Source: Azolla caroliniana
Taxonomy: Eukaryota > Plantae > Polypodiophyta
Assembly (NCBI GenBank): GCA_043228905.1
Contig: JBHGNT010000003.1
Span: 4,774,001-4,838,000 of the forward strand
Direction of reading: 5' to 3'
Length of the DNA: 64,000 nt
Part shown: positions 47,408 to 61,898 of the stretch, in pieces
How the letters are laid out: the number at the start of each line of letters is the position of its first letter
Numbering within the stretch: position 1 is the stretch's first letter
Notes under the pieces: model-generated
Database searches by the model: none
Seen by the model: only the letters and a program-made list of their open reading frames with translations
What the model was told of the DNA's origin: nothing
Position numbers and translations under genes: made by a program

Positions 47408-48017
47408 TGTTGGGAATATGTCCCTCCAGTGGGAGGAGGAACTGACTGTCTAGAAGTTGCTGACAGCCAATGACTATGAGGAACCGACTAATCAGACCAA
47501 GGAGCGTCGATTGTCGAAGACAGGGAAGATCCGACTATTCGGAAAGCTGATAGTCGAAGAGTCGAAAACAGTGAGTTGACTATTTGATAGTTCGACTAAT
47601 ATAGCAATAATAATAATGATATGTAGTAGAGGCTACATTTGTAAATAACCCATACAGTGTATAAGTATAAATACACTTAGGGCAAAACGTGAGAGAAGAG
47701 AGAATAGAAGAGACAGAGCGCGAGAGCGTGAGGAGTGAGACAGAGAGATTGAGTGTGAGCGGCGCCATAGTTGTGTGCGTAACAGCAGACACTAAGAGCC
47801 ATGTGTGGCTCATACACTCGAAGGAGTGTTATAACATTCGGTGTTGTATATCCACTATACATAATGAAGCTCTATTCTCTGTGGTTTTCTCCCGTTTTAG
47901 GTTTTCCACGTTAAATCTCTGTGTACCATTGTTGTCTTGTTTTCTTTTCTGGCATATCTGTGATTCGTATTTTAGCACAATTCGTTTATTGTGATTTGAC
48001 CAAACGATTTCTCAACA
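47408..48017 (+). repeat. copia 3' LTR
   Basis: Homologous to 21311-22214, preceded by the PPT. Confidence 0.92.
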
Positions 48018-48774
48018 CCTCGTTGCCCTTGGGTGGCGCGGCCTTCTCTGAGGTTCGAGGTCCCGAGTTTCCCTTTCCAGTCTTACGAGGATATTCCTTA
48101 GCTAGGTGCCCTTTCTGTTTGCAGATGAAACATTGCCCATGGAGTCCTTCATATACCACATTCACCATTGTGAGACCTAGCTCCTATGAGTAGAGCCTAA
48201 TTCTTGTTGGAAGTCCATGGAGGGAAAGCACTAAGATGCGTAGCTTGGGCACCTCCACTACTATATCTACCATGGATATTTTTTTAGGGAAAATCGTCCC
48301 TATTTGTTCGCCGAAAAAAGGAAGCAGATGGCACAAGTGGGGAGGGAGGCCAAGAAATGTTACAGTGATCACCCTAGGATTGTTAAGTTTCCACAACTCC
48401 TCAATTGGATTGAACCCTGGTGACCACGGTTGGAGCAGCACCTTATCGTACTTCAATTCAAGAACCTTGAGCTCTACCAATGGTTGCGCTAGCGCGCCAT
48501 CACCCAATTCAATGTGGAAGAAATTTTTCCCTAAACCCCGGACGCTCTTAATCAGAGGCATGTTTTCCATCACATCCACTTGGGGCATGTCCCGAACCAT
48601 GTCGCGACTTGGTCTACTTGCAAGGAACCTACATACAAAGGAAGTATGACGTAGGCGTTCGATTTCCTCCACTAAGAGCCGATTGGCCTCTGGGGACAGG
48701 GTGATGTCAAGATCTGTTCCGCCTTCTTCATGTAGCATAGTGGGTTCTACTGGAATTTCAGTTTCTCCCACCAT
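48018..48774 (-). pseudogene. LINE ORF1 N-terminal part (RRM/DUF4283-like region and zinc knuckle)
   Basis: GLGKNFFHIE, LQPWSPGFNP, GLPPHL...IG, CFICKQKGHLAKE. Confidence 0.8.
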
Positions 48775-48859
48775 TGCACTCTATGGTTCTGTGTTTTGTT
48801 TTTCTCCCCCCATTCCTTTTGTCATGTTTCGTTTTATCATATACACATCACCAATATAT

Positions 48860-50960
<2,101 letters not shown>

Positions 50961-52879
50961 AAAAGAACTGATCAGATGCTTCTCCTGATTTCTCTCTCTT
51001 TTTTTATTTTTTTATTTTTTTCCCTCTTTTTTTTATTTTTATTTTATTTTATTTTAAATATTATAAATATAAATTTTGAGTTTATAATAAGTTTTTTTTT
51101 TTTTTTTTTTTTTGGGTTGGGAGGGGGGGTTATGGGTTTGGAGAGAGGGAGGCCCACTCTTCGAACTATGGGTTTGGAGGGGGCCACTCTTCGAACTATG
51201 AGGTTTTAGGGGGGGGGGGGGCACTTCTTGAACCCACTCTTCGAAAGCACTCCTCTAACCCACTTCTCGAACCCACTGTAACCCTAACAACTCTGCACAG
51301 CGACGACGACGGCGATGGGGGGGGGGGGGGGGGGGGGGCGTTGTGGCGACCACCGCGCTTCAGAAAGTTGTGTTGAGCTGAGCTGAAGAACATTGCCCAC
51401 TTATTTCAAATCCAAATATAAGCTTGATATGACTTATAAAACGGAACATTATTTTCTAATTTACGAAAGTCCATCTAGCTAGGTTGGTTGGTGGAGGTAC
51501 ACACAAGTTTACAATAAAAGTAGGCTTACCAACTCAATGATAGAATGTTGTCAATTCAATTCTACAAAGCACAAATGTTGTGGCAACATTGAACTAGGTG
51601 AGTAACATTGTGGTGTTTTCCCACATATGTAGTTAATATAATTGCGTGTATTCACAGAAAGAAGAGAGCCTGTAGAGACGTGGCTAATTAGTAAAGCTCA
51701 CCAGTACCCCAGCCAAAGAAAAGGCATAAAAACAATAGATTTGCATGGATATCAACAGTGAACACTCTATTACCTACAACTCATTGGGCTTTTTCCTATT
51801 TTCTCTCTAAAACCACGTGTCCACACATTATCATCTACATAGAAAGCATCTTACAGCACTTTTTGACATAAAAGTCTAAACTTTGAAAGATGTCTATGAA
51901 AAGCAAGTGTCATTCCATATCAATGCCTAGGCAATGGACTCTTCACAAATCATATATCTGCATCTTCTTTTATAGTATCGAAATAAGTCCAAGTAGCTTC
52001 TTTTTGGAAAAAAAAAGACACATATTAACTTCAACAATTGATTTCTTTGTGTCGCATTATTTTAGTATTGCAAAGATCTAGATTTTAATATTTGGTTTTG
52101 ATGTTACAGATATAAAACAAGCCCCTTTTTGTTTTACATTTCTAGCCTCTTCTCATATACATGATGATCTTGTGTGTAAATGGTGGCCCACAAGATGGCC
52201 AACATATTAGCTAGATTTCCTTAGAGGTCAAGTGAAAGTCATGGAAAGGAAAAGGAAACACGACATTGCACAGTAATGAACTGAATAACATGGCCCAAAC
52301 TTTTGACTTTATGGTACTTAGTAAACATCCAATGTGAAAGTAGAGCATGATGCCAAAAGCCACAAAGAAACTGACCACCAACCCTTGCTTTCTCTTGTCC
52401 ATCGACCTCATCCCTGGATCACTTGATATGATGGACACTAGCACTCCAAAATTATCAATTTACCCTCTCCTATCAGAAAGGTGTAACCAATTTGGTTGTT
52501 GATAGTCTCTCTCGCATAAACTTCGAGGTTGTCCAATTTCTCCCTGCCCCATCTGATCTTCTCGTATCGTTGCCACAACTCACTATACTTTACCAACATG
52601 ACCCCGCCATCCAAGAGATAATCCATCAATTGTACTCCCTCCAACCATTTCCCTCACAATGGTGATTCATGCTCCACGATAACTTGGTGTTCTTCGTTGA
52701 AGCCCATCTCAAGCCTTGCCTTGACTATCCTCATGCCCTACAACAAACGTACCTCTAATTTTATCACAACCACCAATTGTCAGAATATTTGGGTTTCCAC
52801 AAGGTTCTTGAAAATTTATGACTTAGGTATTACCCGCCTAACATCAAACAATGTGCTTTGTGTGAACACATCAAACCTA

Positions 52880-53215
52880 TAGGTAAACCCACTAGAATGC
52901 TCTAGCCCATCACTGTGACATCGCCTTTCGAACTTGTCGGATGGGAATTCATGGGACCTTTCCCTGAAACCCTCAGGGGCAACAAGTATATCCTAGTCAT
53001 AACCAAATACCTCACTAGATGGGCGAAAATTGTGGCCATCCCTCACGTCATTGCACCAACAATCACCTCCCAACGTTTGCACAAGGTAATTTTGCAGCAT
53101 TGGTTGCCCCATCCAACTATTATCTGATCAGGTTCGTCAGTTCTATGGGGATGTCCTCAACGTCGTTGCAGCTCAACTAGGTGTCCAACATGTGTTTACA
53201 TCCCCATGTCATTAA
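52880..53215 (+). mobile_element. Degenerate Ty3/gypsy integrase fragment
   Basis: PFELVGWEFMGPFP...GNKYILVI.KYLTRWA; IISDQG-like remnant after a frameshift. Confidence 0.75.
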
Positions 53216-53539
53216 ACTCCTTGTTTCTCTCAAGGGGGAACTGTGGTGTGCATGTGTTCCTTTGTGGCCCTTTTAGCACACCCTTTTTAGCATGCATGCC
53301 TTCACGTTGTGGTGTGCATTTATTGCTTTGTGTCCCCTTTTAGCACACCCTTTTTAAGGATGCATGTAACAAAGGTAAGCCAACACAAATGGGTACCTTT
53401 GTATCGACTATAAAATTGAGCAAGAAGTAAGAAGCTACGCAAGCTGGTTTGGAGTCTCTTTATGTGAATTTCACAATATCTGGGGAACAAAAAAGTCAAC
53501 AAAATGTGGTTTGTAGTTATTGTCTTTATAGAGTTTATT

Positions 53540-53930
53540 CGTGACGAGAGGATGAGTGACGATGGTGTGCGGGTTGAAGCAAATATATGATAGGATGAGG
53601 AAACATTTTATAATCATTTTGCTATTATTTATACAAGAATTTGGTGGTAATCGGCGAGATGGTTGATGTGGACTTAAGAAGAAGTTTTTTGGAGGGATAA
53701 GGATGAGCGAAGATGGTGTGGGGGATGAAGCAGAATATTATGAGTAGGTACAGGAATTTGTTGAAAATGGACAGATGGTTGATGTTGAAAATGAAGCAGA
53801 TTTTCTATAATGATGAGTGCAGATGGTGTTGGAGGGTGAAGCAGATTTTTATGAGTGTCTGAGGAGAGTGATTCATTCTATTTTTTGATGGTGTAGGGGT
53901 TGAAGCATACTTTCATGAGGGGAGAAGGAG
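53540..53930 (+). repeat. Degenerate G/A-rich repeats
   Basis: GATGGTGT...TGAAGCA motif recurs at about 53561, 53712, 53822 and 53887. Confidence 0.6.
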
Positions 53931-54310
53931 AGCATACTAGATGTTGGTCATCATGTCTTCCAATCTCAAGGACCTTGGCATTTTTGTTGTGGAAAGTTGA
54001 CGACTAATGTGGAAAAATGAAGTTCGAAAAAGGTCACATTACAGGATTGATAAAGCTGATTGTTTTTTACATCATGGCATCTTTCAAATCATTGACACTG
54101 AAGGACGATTGTCAAGGAACAGATCCAGACCTGGCATATATGATTGGGAAGACAAAGGACATGGAATATCATGTGAAAGAAAGTTTTTTGTTATTTTGTG
54201 GCTCATTTGGTGATATTGACGCCTCCTCTCCTCCAAAGATGCTTGTGATGGATGTAGGATTGCTTGCCTAATCAGAAGTTGATGCTTTCAGGCAAGGCAG
54301 TGACATGGGG

Positions 54311-57300
54311 TGTCGAATACATGTGTATAATGGACGTATTCACACTATCCCGTTTTGGCACATTTATGTAATTAGCATAAAGGGTAGTTGCCCTAAGTCG
54401 GTCACTATATATAGTGACCTTGTAACCTTTTTGTAAGGTTGGGTGTTGTATTATTGCTTTATGAAATAAAGAGTCTTTTGTGCCTCTCTGTCTCTCTCTC
54501 TCTCTCTCTCTGTGCAACGACCTACAAACTGTCATACGCAGGTATACAGAAAGGAATCGAATGCTTCTTGATCTTCCGCATAGACGACTTTGTCCTCAAC
54601 ATCTGGTATCAGAGCCTGCACAGTAGTCGGTCCTTCAATCCGCTGTCGGCCGTCGTCTCAGCATTCGGTTTCCTGCGTCATTCGAAGAAGAGAGAAGAAG
54701 AAGAGAAACGAGGCTCGCATCTCATCGCGTTAGATCATCTTCACTTGGAGTAAGCCAGCAGGTTGTACTCTGTTCCTTGTGATCGTAACCACTCGAGGTG
54801 AAATCCCCTTGTGCAACTTTGACACGATCATGCTCCACCCGGTTAAACGGCATCCGAAGAGGTAATCAAACGCCGCTCGTTGTAACCACTCGGTGCAGAT
54901 CGGTCTCAAGACAACAACCCCAAATTCGTGCTTCATCTGGCTGATCGACATTCGGGAGGATCAGTTGGATCCGTCTCTCTCGTTGCTGCAGTCAACCGAA
55001 GCAGAATCGGTCCAGATAATCGGTTTCAATAATCGGTATTCGGCATATATATCCGAAGCGAACCGGGCTCACTCCGACTCGGCAACATTCGGGAAGACCA
55101 GTCGGTTCTGTCCCTCAAGCTACCGGAGTCAATTCGAGCAAGTTCCGAAGCCGAACCGACTCGGGTTCAAATCGGACTAGAGCGATATCGGGTGAGCCAA
55201 CCGGCTGCACTCCAACAAGGCTCGTAGTCAACTCCGAACCGAGCTTCGTCAACCGAAACCGAATTTGATGGCATCAACATCCGGCTCGTCAGAAATGAGT
55301 CTACGAAAGTTCGATGGATCGAACTTCAACTTCTGGAAGGAGCAAATGCAGGACTATCTCATAGTCAAGGGGCAAATCGATCCCATCGAAAATGAAGAAC
55401 CCCCAGAAGGATACAAACCAATTGAGTGGCAGAAGCTGGACAGAATTGTCCGCGCCACGATTCGGATGCACCTATCGGAATCGGTATACTTTACGGTGCA
55501 ATCGTGTACGACAGCATTCGAACTGTGGAAAACACTGTCGGACACTTACGAAAAGAAGGTCACCGCAACGAAGATGTTTCTGATCCGGCGCCTCTACAAC
55601 TTGCGGATGAAAGAATCCGACTCGGTTCAAGCACACCTCAATGAGTACGAAAGCATAAGCTCCCAAATCTCATCACAGGGGACGGCAATCGAGGATGAAC
55701 TCAGAGCAATGATACTCATGAGCAGCCTTCCCTCATCATGGGAAACTTTCGTCACAACCGTGTGCAACGCGTCAACCACGGTTGTTAAATACTCCGAAGT
55801 CACGAGCGCAATCCTGACCGAAGCAGCTCGGAGAAAGTCTTTCGCCAAAGACTCAACAGACGACGCTTATGTAGTACAAGGTTCGACAGACCGATCGAAC
55901 ATACGAGGAAGAGATTCCTCACGACCGCCGAACAATCAGCGAAGACGGAGCCAGTCACGGGATAACCGAATCTGCAACTATTGCAAGAAACCCGGACACA
56001 TCAAAGCCGACTGCCGCGCACTCAAGAACAAGAACAACAAGAAGAGTGGCCGGCATGAGGAGATCAATTACGTCAGCTTCTCAGCTGATGTACTACCGGA
56101 CGACCCGAATATACTATCAATCGAAAATCCAGTCGGATCAGAAGTTCTACTCACGACTGAAGTATCGAGCACATGGCTCTTAGATTCGGGCGCGTCATTT
56201 CACGTGACTCCTCATCGATCCCAATTTCGGCAATATACGATCCGTCACTCCGACTCAGTTCGAGTCGGCAACTCACAACACTGTGACATCATCGGAATCG
56301 GCACAGTAGAGCTCAACCTTGCAGGTGGCTCTACACTTGTACTCCACAATGTCCGACATGTACCCGAGCTCTCAAGGCCATTGATCTCAGTCGGACAACT
56401 AGATGAAGACGGCATTCGTGCCGGTTTTTCTTCGGGAGGGTGGACACTCCACAGGGGGAACCTCCTGCTTGCTAGAGGACCCAAGATACACTCACTGTAT
56501 CCGTTACATGTTACGCTCAGAGAGGGTAACCTGTTTTTGGTGGATATTCCTGTGTCATCACTATGGCACCGAAGATTAGGACACCTCAGCAAGGCCGGCA
56601 TCACGCACCTATCTAGAGCCGGATACATCCCCAAACTCTCCTTCTCCGACCATCAATTCTGCGAGCATTGTCAGTATGGCAAACAAGCAGCCGCATCACA
56701 CCCGACATCAGCACCAAGAGAAACAAGACCTCTCGATTTGGTCCACTCGGACGTCTGTGGCCCAATGCCGCATCAGTCTCTCGGCGGTGCCTCTTACTTC
56801 GTCACTTTTATTGACGATTCGACTCGAAAGGTGTGGGCTTATCCAATTCGCACCAAAGATCGGGTCTTCTCGATCTTCACCGATTGGCTCGCTATGGTAG
56901 AAAATCAAACCGACCGAAAGCTGAAATGCTTTCGGACAGACAATGGGGGAGAGTTTAAATCCGAAGAATTCGTCAAATTCTGCCGACAACGCGGCATCCG
57001 ACGTGAATTTACGGCACCACACAGTCCGGAGCAAAACGGGATTGCAGAACGAATGAATCGGACAATCCAAGAACGGATAGTTTCCATGCTCCAACACTCC
57101 GGACTGTCGGATGGCTTTTGGGCAGAGGCTCTACTCACGGCAGTACACATAATCAATATGTCGCCAAGTAGACCTCTAGGACTTCAAATTCCTCAGGAAC
57201 TATGGATCGGCAGTAAGCCGAATTACGACAAGCTGAGGATCTTCGGATGCGAGGCGTACGCCCTTATTCCGAAAGATGATCGCCGAAAACTTGCACCTAG

Positions 57301-59765
57301 GTCCAGGAAATGCATTTTCCTTGGATATGGATCCGACGGCGAAATGGGATACCGACTCTGGGACCCCGAACGCAGACAAATCGTTCGAAGTTCGGACGTT
57401 GTGTTCAACGAGTCGGCTATGAACCCATCAGTCGAAAAACCGATCGAAGTCCGAAGGGTAACATTTTCCGATGTGCCGACCCTTCAAGAAGGCCCCGCTC
57501 TCAACACACGGTCAGCTTCACGGGTAGCTGAACCTTACACTACCAACTCGGACAACCCCGACTCGGCACAGCTGAACAATCCGCTTTCGGACCATCCGAC
57601 CTTGATACCCAATGCGACCAGTCCAATCTTACCTCGCCGATCCGAGAGACTGTCGCAACCTCCGGAGAGGTATTCTCCTGGAATTTTCTTCACCGACGCC
57701 GGCGAACCGACGTCTTACGAAGAAGCATCGACATCTGTCGATTCAGCCACCTGGCATCTGGCGATGGAGTCGGAAATGCACTCCATTCGGGCAAACAAGA
57801 CTTGGGATCTGGTCGAATTACCTAGGAACCGACGTGCTCTTCCTTGCAAGTGGGTTTATCGACTAAAAGAGACGTCTGATTCGACCATCCCAAAGTACAA
57901 GGCCAGACTAGTTGCGAAGGGCTTCCGACAAGAATATGGCGTCGACTTCGACGAGATTTTTTCACCAGTGGTGAAAATGACAACCCTTCGTTTTCTACTC
58001 GGCGTAGTGGCAGTCGACAACTTGGAGCTGATTCAGCTAGATGTCAAAACAGCCTTCCTCCATGGTGATCTCGAGGAGGAAATTTATATGGAGCAGCCAA
58101 AAGGCTTCGTGGCAACTAGCCAAGAACATCTAGTCTGCCGACTCAGGAAGAGTCTATACGGCCTCAAACAGGCACCGCGACAATGGTACAAGAAGTTCGA
58201 CGACTTCATCCAATCGATCGGCTTCTCAAAAAGCGATGAGGACCATTGTCTTTTCACCAATACAGCTCAAGATGGATCACCCATCTTCCTCATCATCTAC
58301 GTGGACGACATGCTAATTTCTGGACGCCACGCGGGCGAACTTGCCGATCTCATTCGGCAACTGCGGTTGAAGTTTGCCATGAAGGACCTCGGTCCGGCAC
58401 GACACATCCTCGGCATGAAGATTAGTCGGCATCGCGATAAACGACATCTTTTTCTGTCTCAGACCGACTATATCCGACGGGTCTTAGAACGCTTCAACAT
58501 GCAATCAGCCAAATCTGCTTCAACCCCGCTCCCTATGAATCTTCGGCTCTCTCAGCGAGACTGCCCGACATCCGGTCCGGAGGGGGAAGATATGAAGTCG
58601 GTACCGTATGCACCGGCAGTCGGCTCCCTTATGTACCTGATGGTCGCGACACGGCCTGATATTTCTCACGCCGTAGGAGTCGTTAGCAGATTTATGCACA
58701 ATCCTGGCCGATCGCATTGGAACGCAGTCAAGCATGTGTTCAGATATCTGGCTGGCACAAAAGACCATGGCATTCTTTTCGGACCGAACCGAACCTCAGG
58801 CGTAATCGGTTACACCGACTCGGACTTCGCCGGCTGTATAGACAGTCGGAAATCAACAACTAGATACTGCTTCAAATTCGGCAATGGAGCAATCTCGTGG
58901 AAGTCGAAACTTCAGGAGTGCACAGCGACCTCAACGACCGAAGCAGAATATGTAGCTGCGTCCGACGCAGCAAAAGAAGCTTTGTGGCTCGGTCGGCTGG
59001 CGCACACGTTTCGACAAGTCGACCATGACTCGGCTCCAGTTGTCTACAGCGACAGTCAAGGTGTTGTTGCCTTGTCGAAAAATCCGGTTCACCACAACGC
59101 CTCCAAACATATCGACGTTCGATATCACTTCGTTCGGGACTACGTCATTTCAGGGAAAATCGGTCTAGAGAAAATATCCACAACCGACAATGTCGCAGAT
59201 GGAATGACCAAGTGTCTTTCGGCAGACCGTTTTCGGTCTCTTCGGCATCAGATGGGCGTAACGACAAACCAGTCCGGTTAGAGCCGGACACAGAGCAGGA
59301 TGGTTCCCGACAACCGACATCAGTTCCTTAATGATCGGCTTCAACTGTTCCGACCCGACCAGTTCGGTCTTCTGCCTTCGGACGCTGCCGACTCGAACAA
59401 AGCTGATATGTCCGAGAACCTAAGTCTATACCTGTAATCTTAGATAACCCATGTATACGCCCATTACGGGGGAGTGTCGAATACATGTGTATAATGGACG
59501 TATTCACACTATCCCGTTTTGGCACATTTATGTAATTAGCATAAAGGGTAGTTGCCCTAAGTCGGTCACTATATATAGTGACCTTGTAACCTTTTTGTAA
59601 GGTTGGGTGTTGTATTATTGCTTTATGAAATAAAGAGTCTTTTGTGCCTCTCTGTCTCTCTCTCTCTCTCTCTCTGTGCAACGACCTACAAACTGTCATA
59701 CGCAGGTATACAGAAAGGAATCGAATGCTTCTTGATCTTCCGCATAGACGACTTTGTCCTCAACA
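54311..59765 (+). mobile_element. Complete, very recent Ty1/copia retrotransposon
   Basis: 291-bp LTRs 54311-54601 and 59475-59765, identical by eye; TSD TGGGG at 54306-54310 and 59766-59770; PBS TGGTATCAGAGCC 54604-54616; PPT GGGGGAG. Confidence 0.97.
55268..59281 (+). CDS. Intact copia gag-pol polyprotein
   Basis: Single ORF (ATG 55268); CNYCKKPGHIKADC, WLLDSGASFH, LVHSDVCGP, RTDNGGEF, IYVDDML, YTDSDFAG, KHIDVRYHF. Confidence 0.97.
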   Translation: MASTSGSSEMSLRKFDGSNFNFWKEQMQDYLIVKGQIDPIENEEPPEGYKPIEWQKLDRIVRATIRMHLSESVYFTVQSCTTAFELWKTLSDTYEKKVTATKMFLIRRLYNLRMKESDSVQAHLNEYESISSQISSQGTAIEDELRAMILMSSLPSSWETFVTTVCNASTTVVKYSEVTSAILTEAARRKSFAKDSTDDAYVVQGSTDRSNIRGRDSSRPPNNQRRRSQSRDNRICNYCKKPGHIKADCRALKNKNNKKSGRHEEINYVSFSADVLPDDPNILSIENPVGSEVLLTTEVSSTWLLDSGASFHVTPHRSQFRQYTIRHSDSVRVGNSQHCDIIGIGTVELNLAGGSTLVLHNVRHVPELSRPLISVGQLDEDGIRAGFSSGGWTLHRGNLLLARGPKIHSLYPLHVTLREGNLFLVDIPVSSLWHRRLGHLSKAGITHLSRAGYIPKLSFSDHQFCEHCQYGKQAAASHPTSAPRETRPLDLVHSDVCGPMPHQSLGGASYFVTFIDDSTRKVWAYPIRTKDRVFSIFTDWLAMVENQTDRKLKCFRTDNGGEFKSEEFVKFCRQRGIRREFTAPHSPEQNGIAERMNRTIQERIVSMLQHSGLSDGFWAEALLTAVHIINMSPSRPLGLQIPQELWIGSKPNYDKLRIFGCEAYALIPKDDRRKLAPRSRKCIFLGYGSDGEMGYRLWDPERRQIVRSSDVVFNESAMNPSVEKPIEVRRVTFSDVPTLQEGPALNTRSASRVAEPYTTNSDNPDSAQLNNPLSDHPTLIPNATSPILPRRSERLSQPPERYSPGIFFTDAGEPTSYEEASTSVDSATWHLAMESEMHSIRANKTWDLVELPRNRRALPCKWVYRLKETSDSTIPKYKARLVAKGFRQEYGVDFDEIFSPVVKMTTLRFLLGVVAVDNLELIQLDVKTAFLHGDLEEEIYMEQPKGFVATSQEHLVCRLRKSLYGLKQAPRQWYKKFDDFIQSIGFSKSDEDHCLFTNTAQDGSPIFLIIYVDDMLISGRHAGELADLIRQLRLKFAMKDLGPARHILGMKISRHRDKRHLFLSQTDYIRRVLERFNMQSAKSASTPLPMNLRLSQRDCPTSGPEGEDMKSVPYAPAVGSLMYLMVATRPDISHAVGVVSRFMHNPGRSHWNAVKHVFRYLAGTKDHGILFGPNRTSGVIGYTDSDFAGCIDSRKSTTRYCFKFGNGAISWKSKLQECTATSTTEAEYVAASDAAKEALWLGRLAHTFRQVDHDSAPVVYSDSQGVVALSKNPVHHNASKHIDVRYHFVRDYVISGKIGLEKISTTDNVADGMTKCLSADRFRSLRHQMGVTTNQSG

Positions 59766-61898
59766 TGGGGAATTGAGAGTGAATGGACTCTAAAATGGGG
59801 AATGGACCGTTGCTTTTTTGAACTGCTTAAAAATGAAGAATTTACTCAGGAATGGGGCCATGACGGCACACTTACATGGTATGTTGATGCTGCAGGTCGT
59901 GTCTCAAGACTCGAGCTTGATGAGGGTGAGGTGTATGTGCTATCTACATGGATTAGGACTGGGTTTTGGGCAACTCAAGAAGCCCAAAAGTATTTAGACA
60001 TTCAACAGGAAAGTTCTGGTTCTAGACTTGTGCTTCATGCTCTCGATAAAGAACTCTTGTTCTCAGTCAAATTGAAGAAAAAATAGGTAGTTGCCTATGT
60101 TATCATTGATAAGGCTACATGCTTACCACTACGGGTTTCGATTCAAAAGTTCTCTTTTAGAGATCGATGGAAGTTATCTAACTAGCAATGTGTCTTGATG
60201 CGATATACAAAAAGTGGTATTACATGGTCCGTCCTATAGTTGATGGTAAAGAGGTTGGGTGTTTCATTATTGATACTGGGACAGGTTGTCTTGCAATCAA
60301 TAAGAAAAAAGCAATGCAACTAGGCATGCATGATTTTGGGGAAGTATATGCAACTAGTATTTCTGGTGGTGGTGTGATGAAGACCCAATTTTTTCGAGGA
60401 AAAAGTTTCAGCTTGGACTTGTCAAAATAACAAACCCAGTATTCATGGAGATTAACATTGACAAACTATTGAAGGAGGTGGATGGATTATGTGGTTTTGA
60501 TTTGTTCTATGGTTGTGTCATCGAGATGTCTCCAAAACATCGCACATTTTCAATATATGATCCCATGGAATATAAATCAATGGCAGTGGCGAAGAAGCTA
60601 AAGTGGCAGAGAATGTTTCTATTTGACAATGTCCCACATGTTATAGCAAAGGCGAATGGAAAAGAGGTGATGCTCATGGTGGACTCGGGGGCAGCAGGGG
60701 CTAGCTTGATGTTTCCAAGCAATGTTGTGCAAGGTTCGGATGATCTTGAAGTAGATACACCGACAGTATTCCGTGGGCGACATATGTTGGTATCTCAAGC
60801 CGATTATGGAAATGTGGGAAAGTTTGAGATTGGTGGTCACTTCTTTCTAAGGGTTCTGATTCGATGGAGACAGAGGAGGATCGTATGAATCTTCAGGTTG
60901 GAATTTACCTTGATCAACCAATGTTTAGACAAGAGGACAGAGAAAGGAACCTATCACCGAGAAGGCCACTTATAGTTGATTGTTTTTCAATTTATGAGTA
61001 CATTTCTTATGGTTATAGTTGACTATTTTTCAATTGATGAGTACATTTATGATGGTGGAGGTGGGTCTATAGGCCTGCAGAATGATGATGGAACAACTCT
61101 TCACGAGTCACGAGATGCCCTCAGGGCCTTCTATTCTTATAGGCAATGGAAAGTACTTAAGATTCAACAAGGTCACGATTCGGTCATGAGAGATTATTCA
61201 GTCATGCATCTTGTTTGGGATTAACAATCACTATTCTGTTCTTGAGTCCGATGGAGTCATCTTCCAACCATATTCTTCTGTTTCAGATGATAAAATCAAG
61301 GACCAAAAGGTTGTGCAAATGGAATACTCTATAAAAGAGATGATGTTGGACCTTCAAGCAATTGGATTGGAGCTAATATTTTATGATAGTGGAAGTCAAT
61401 ATCAAAGGCCACAGGTGATAAGCAGGCTTATTCATGCTAAAGTGGATGCCTTCTCAAGGTTTAGTTTGAAGGGTAGTGATATGGAACTATGTGCTAAATT
61501 TAAAAGCCTATAACTAGATGCAAGCAGCAGGCTTTGTGTGATTGAACCATCGAAAAAGTTGGATACTCGGAGATGTTGTTTATATGTTGAGTATGGTCTT
61601 CAGTACATGCGAAACAAAATGCGAACATGAAATTTTCAAACTACCAGCCAGGGTGGACAACCATGTTGGAGATTGTTTTCACCTTTGTAGGTGGTCTTCT
61701 AGCTCGACGTAGCAAAGGTGTTATTGGCAAGGCTGAGAGTTGTATTCATGGATTATAATTATCATTATCTTGCCAAATGCCAAAGCTTATATTTGGTCTA
61801 GTTTTGGATAATATATATTTGTGGAGATGAAACAATATTATGTACTATTTGTATACTGCGTCTGGCCTTTTATTAATACCAATGGAGCATATGTTTTA

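Larger units (their letters stand above)
21311..48017 (+). mobile_element. Old Ty1/copia element inserted in LINE ORF1, itself interrupted by a DNA transposon
   Basis: LTRs 21311-22214 and 47408-48017 (TGTTGGGAAT...CTCAACA); PBS TGGTATCAGAGC 22218-22229; PPT GGAGTGAAGGGGGAG at about 47391-47405; TSD CCTCA/CCTCG (1 mismatch). Confidence 0.93.
54017..60888 (+). pseudogene. Intronless pseudogene of a protein with two retropepsin-like aspartyl protease domains, split by the copia at 54311-59765
   Basis: IVDGKEVGCFIIDTGTGCLAI and ANGKEVMLMVDSGAAG, with DGLCGFDLF between; stops and frameshifts. Inclusion of 54017-54310 is inferred from adjacency across the TSD. Confidence 0.65.

Noticed and set aside
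60976-61513. Two short ORFs that look coding
   Set aside because: No family recognisable by eye; left unannotated apart from mention in the chimeric-block finding
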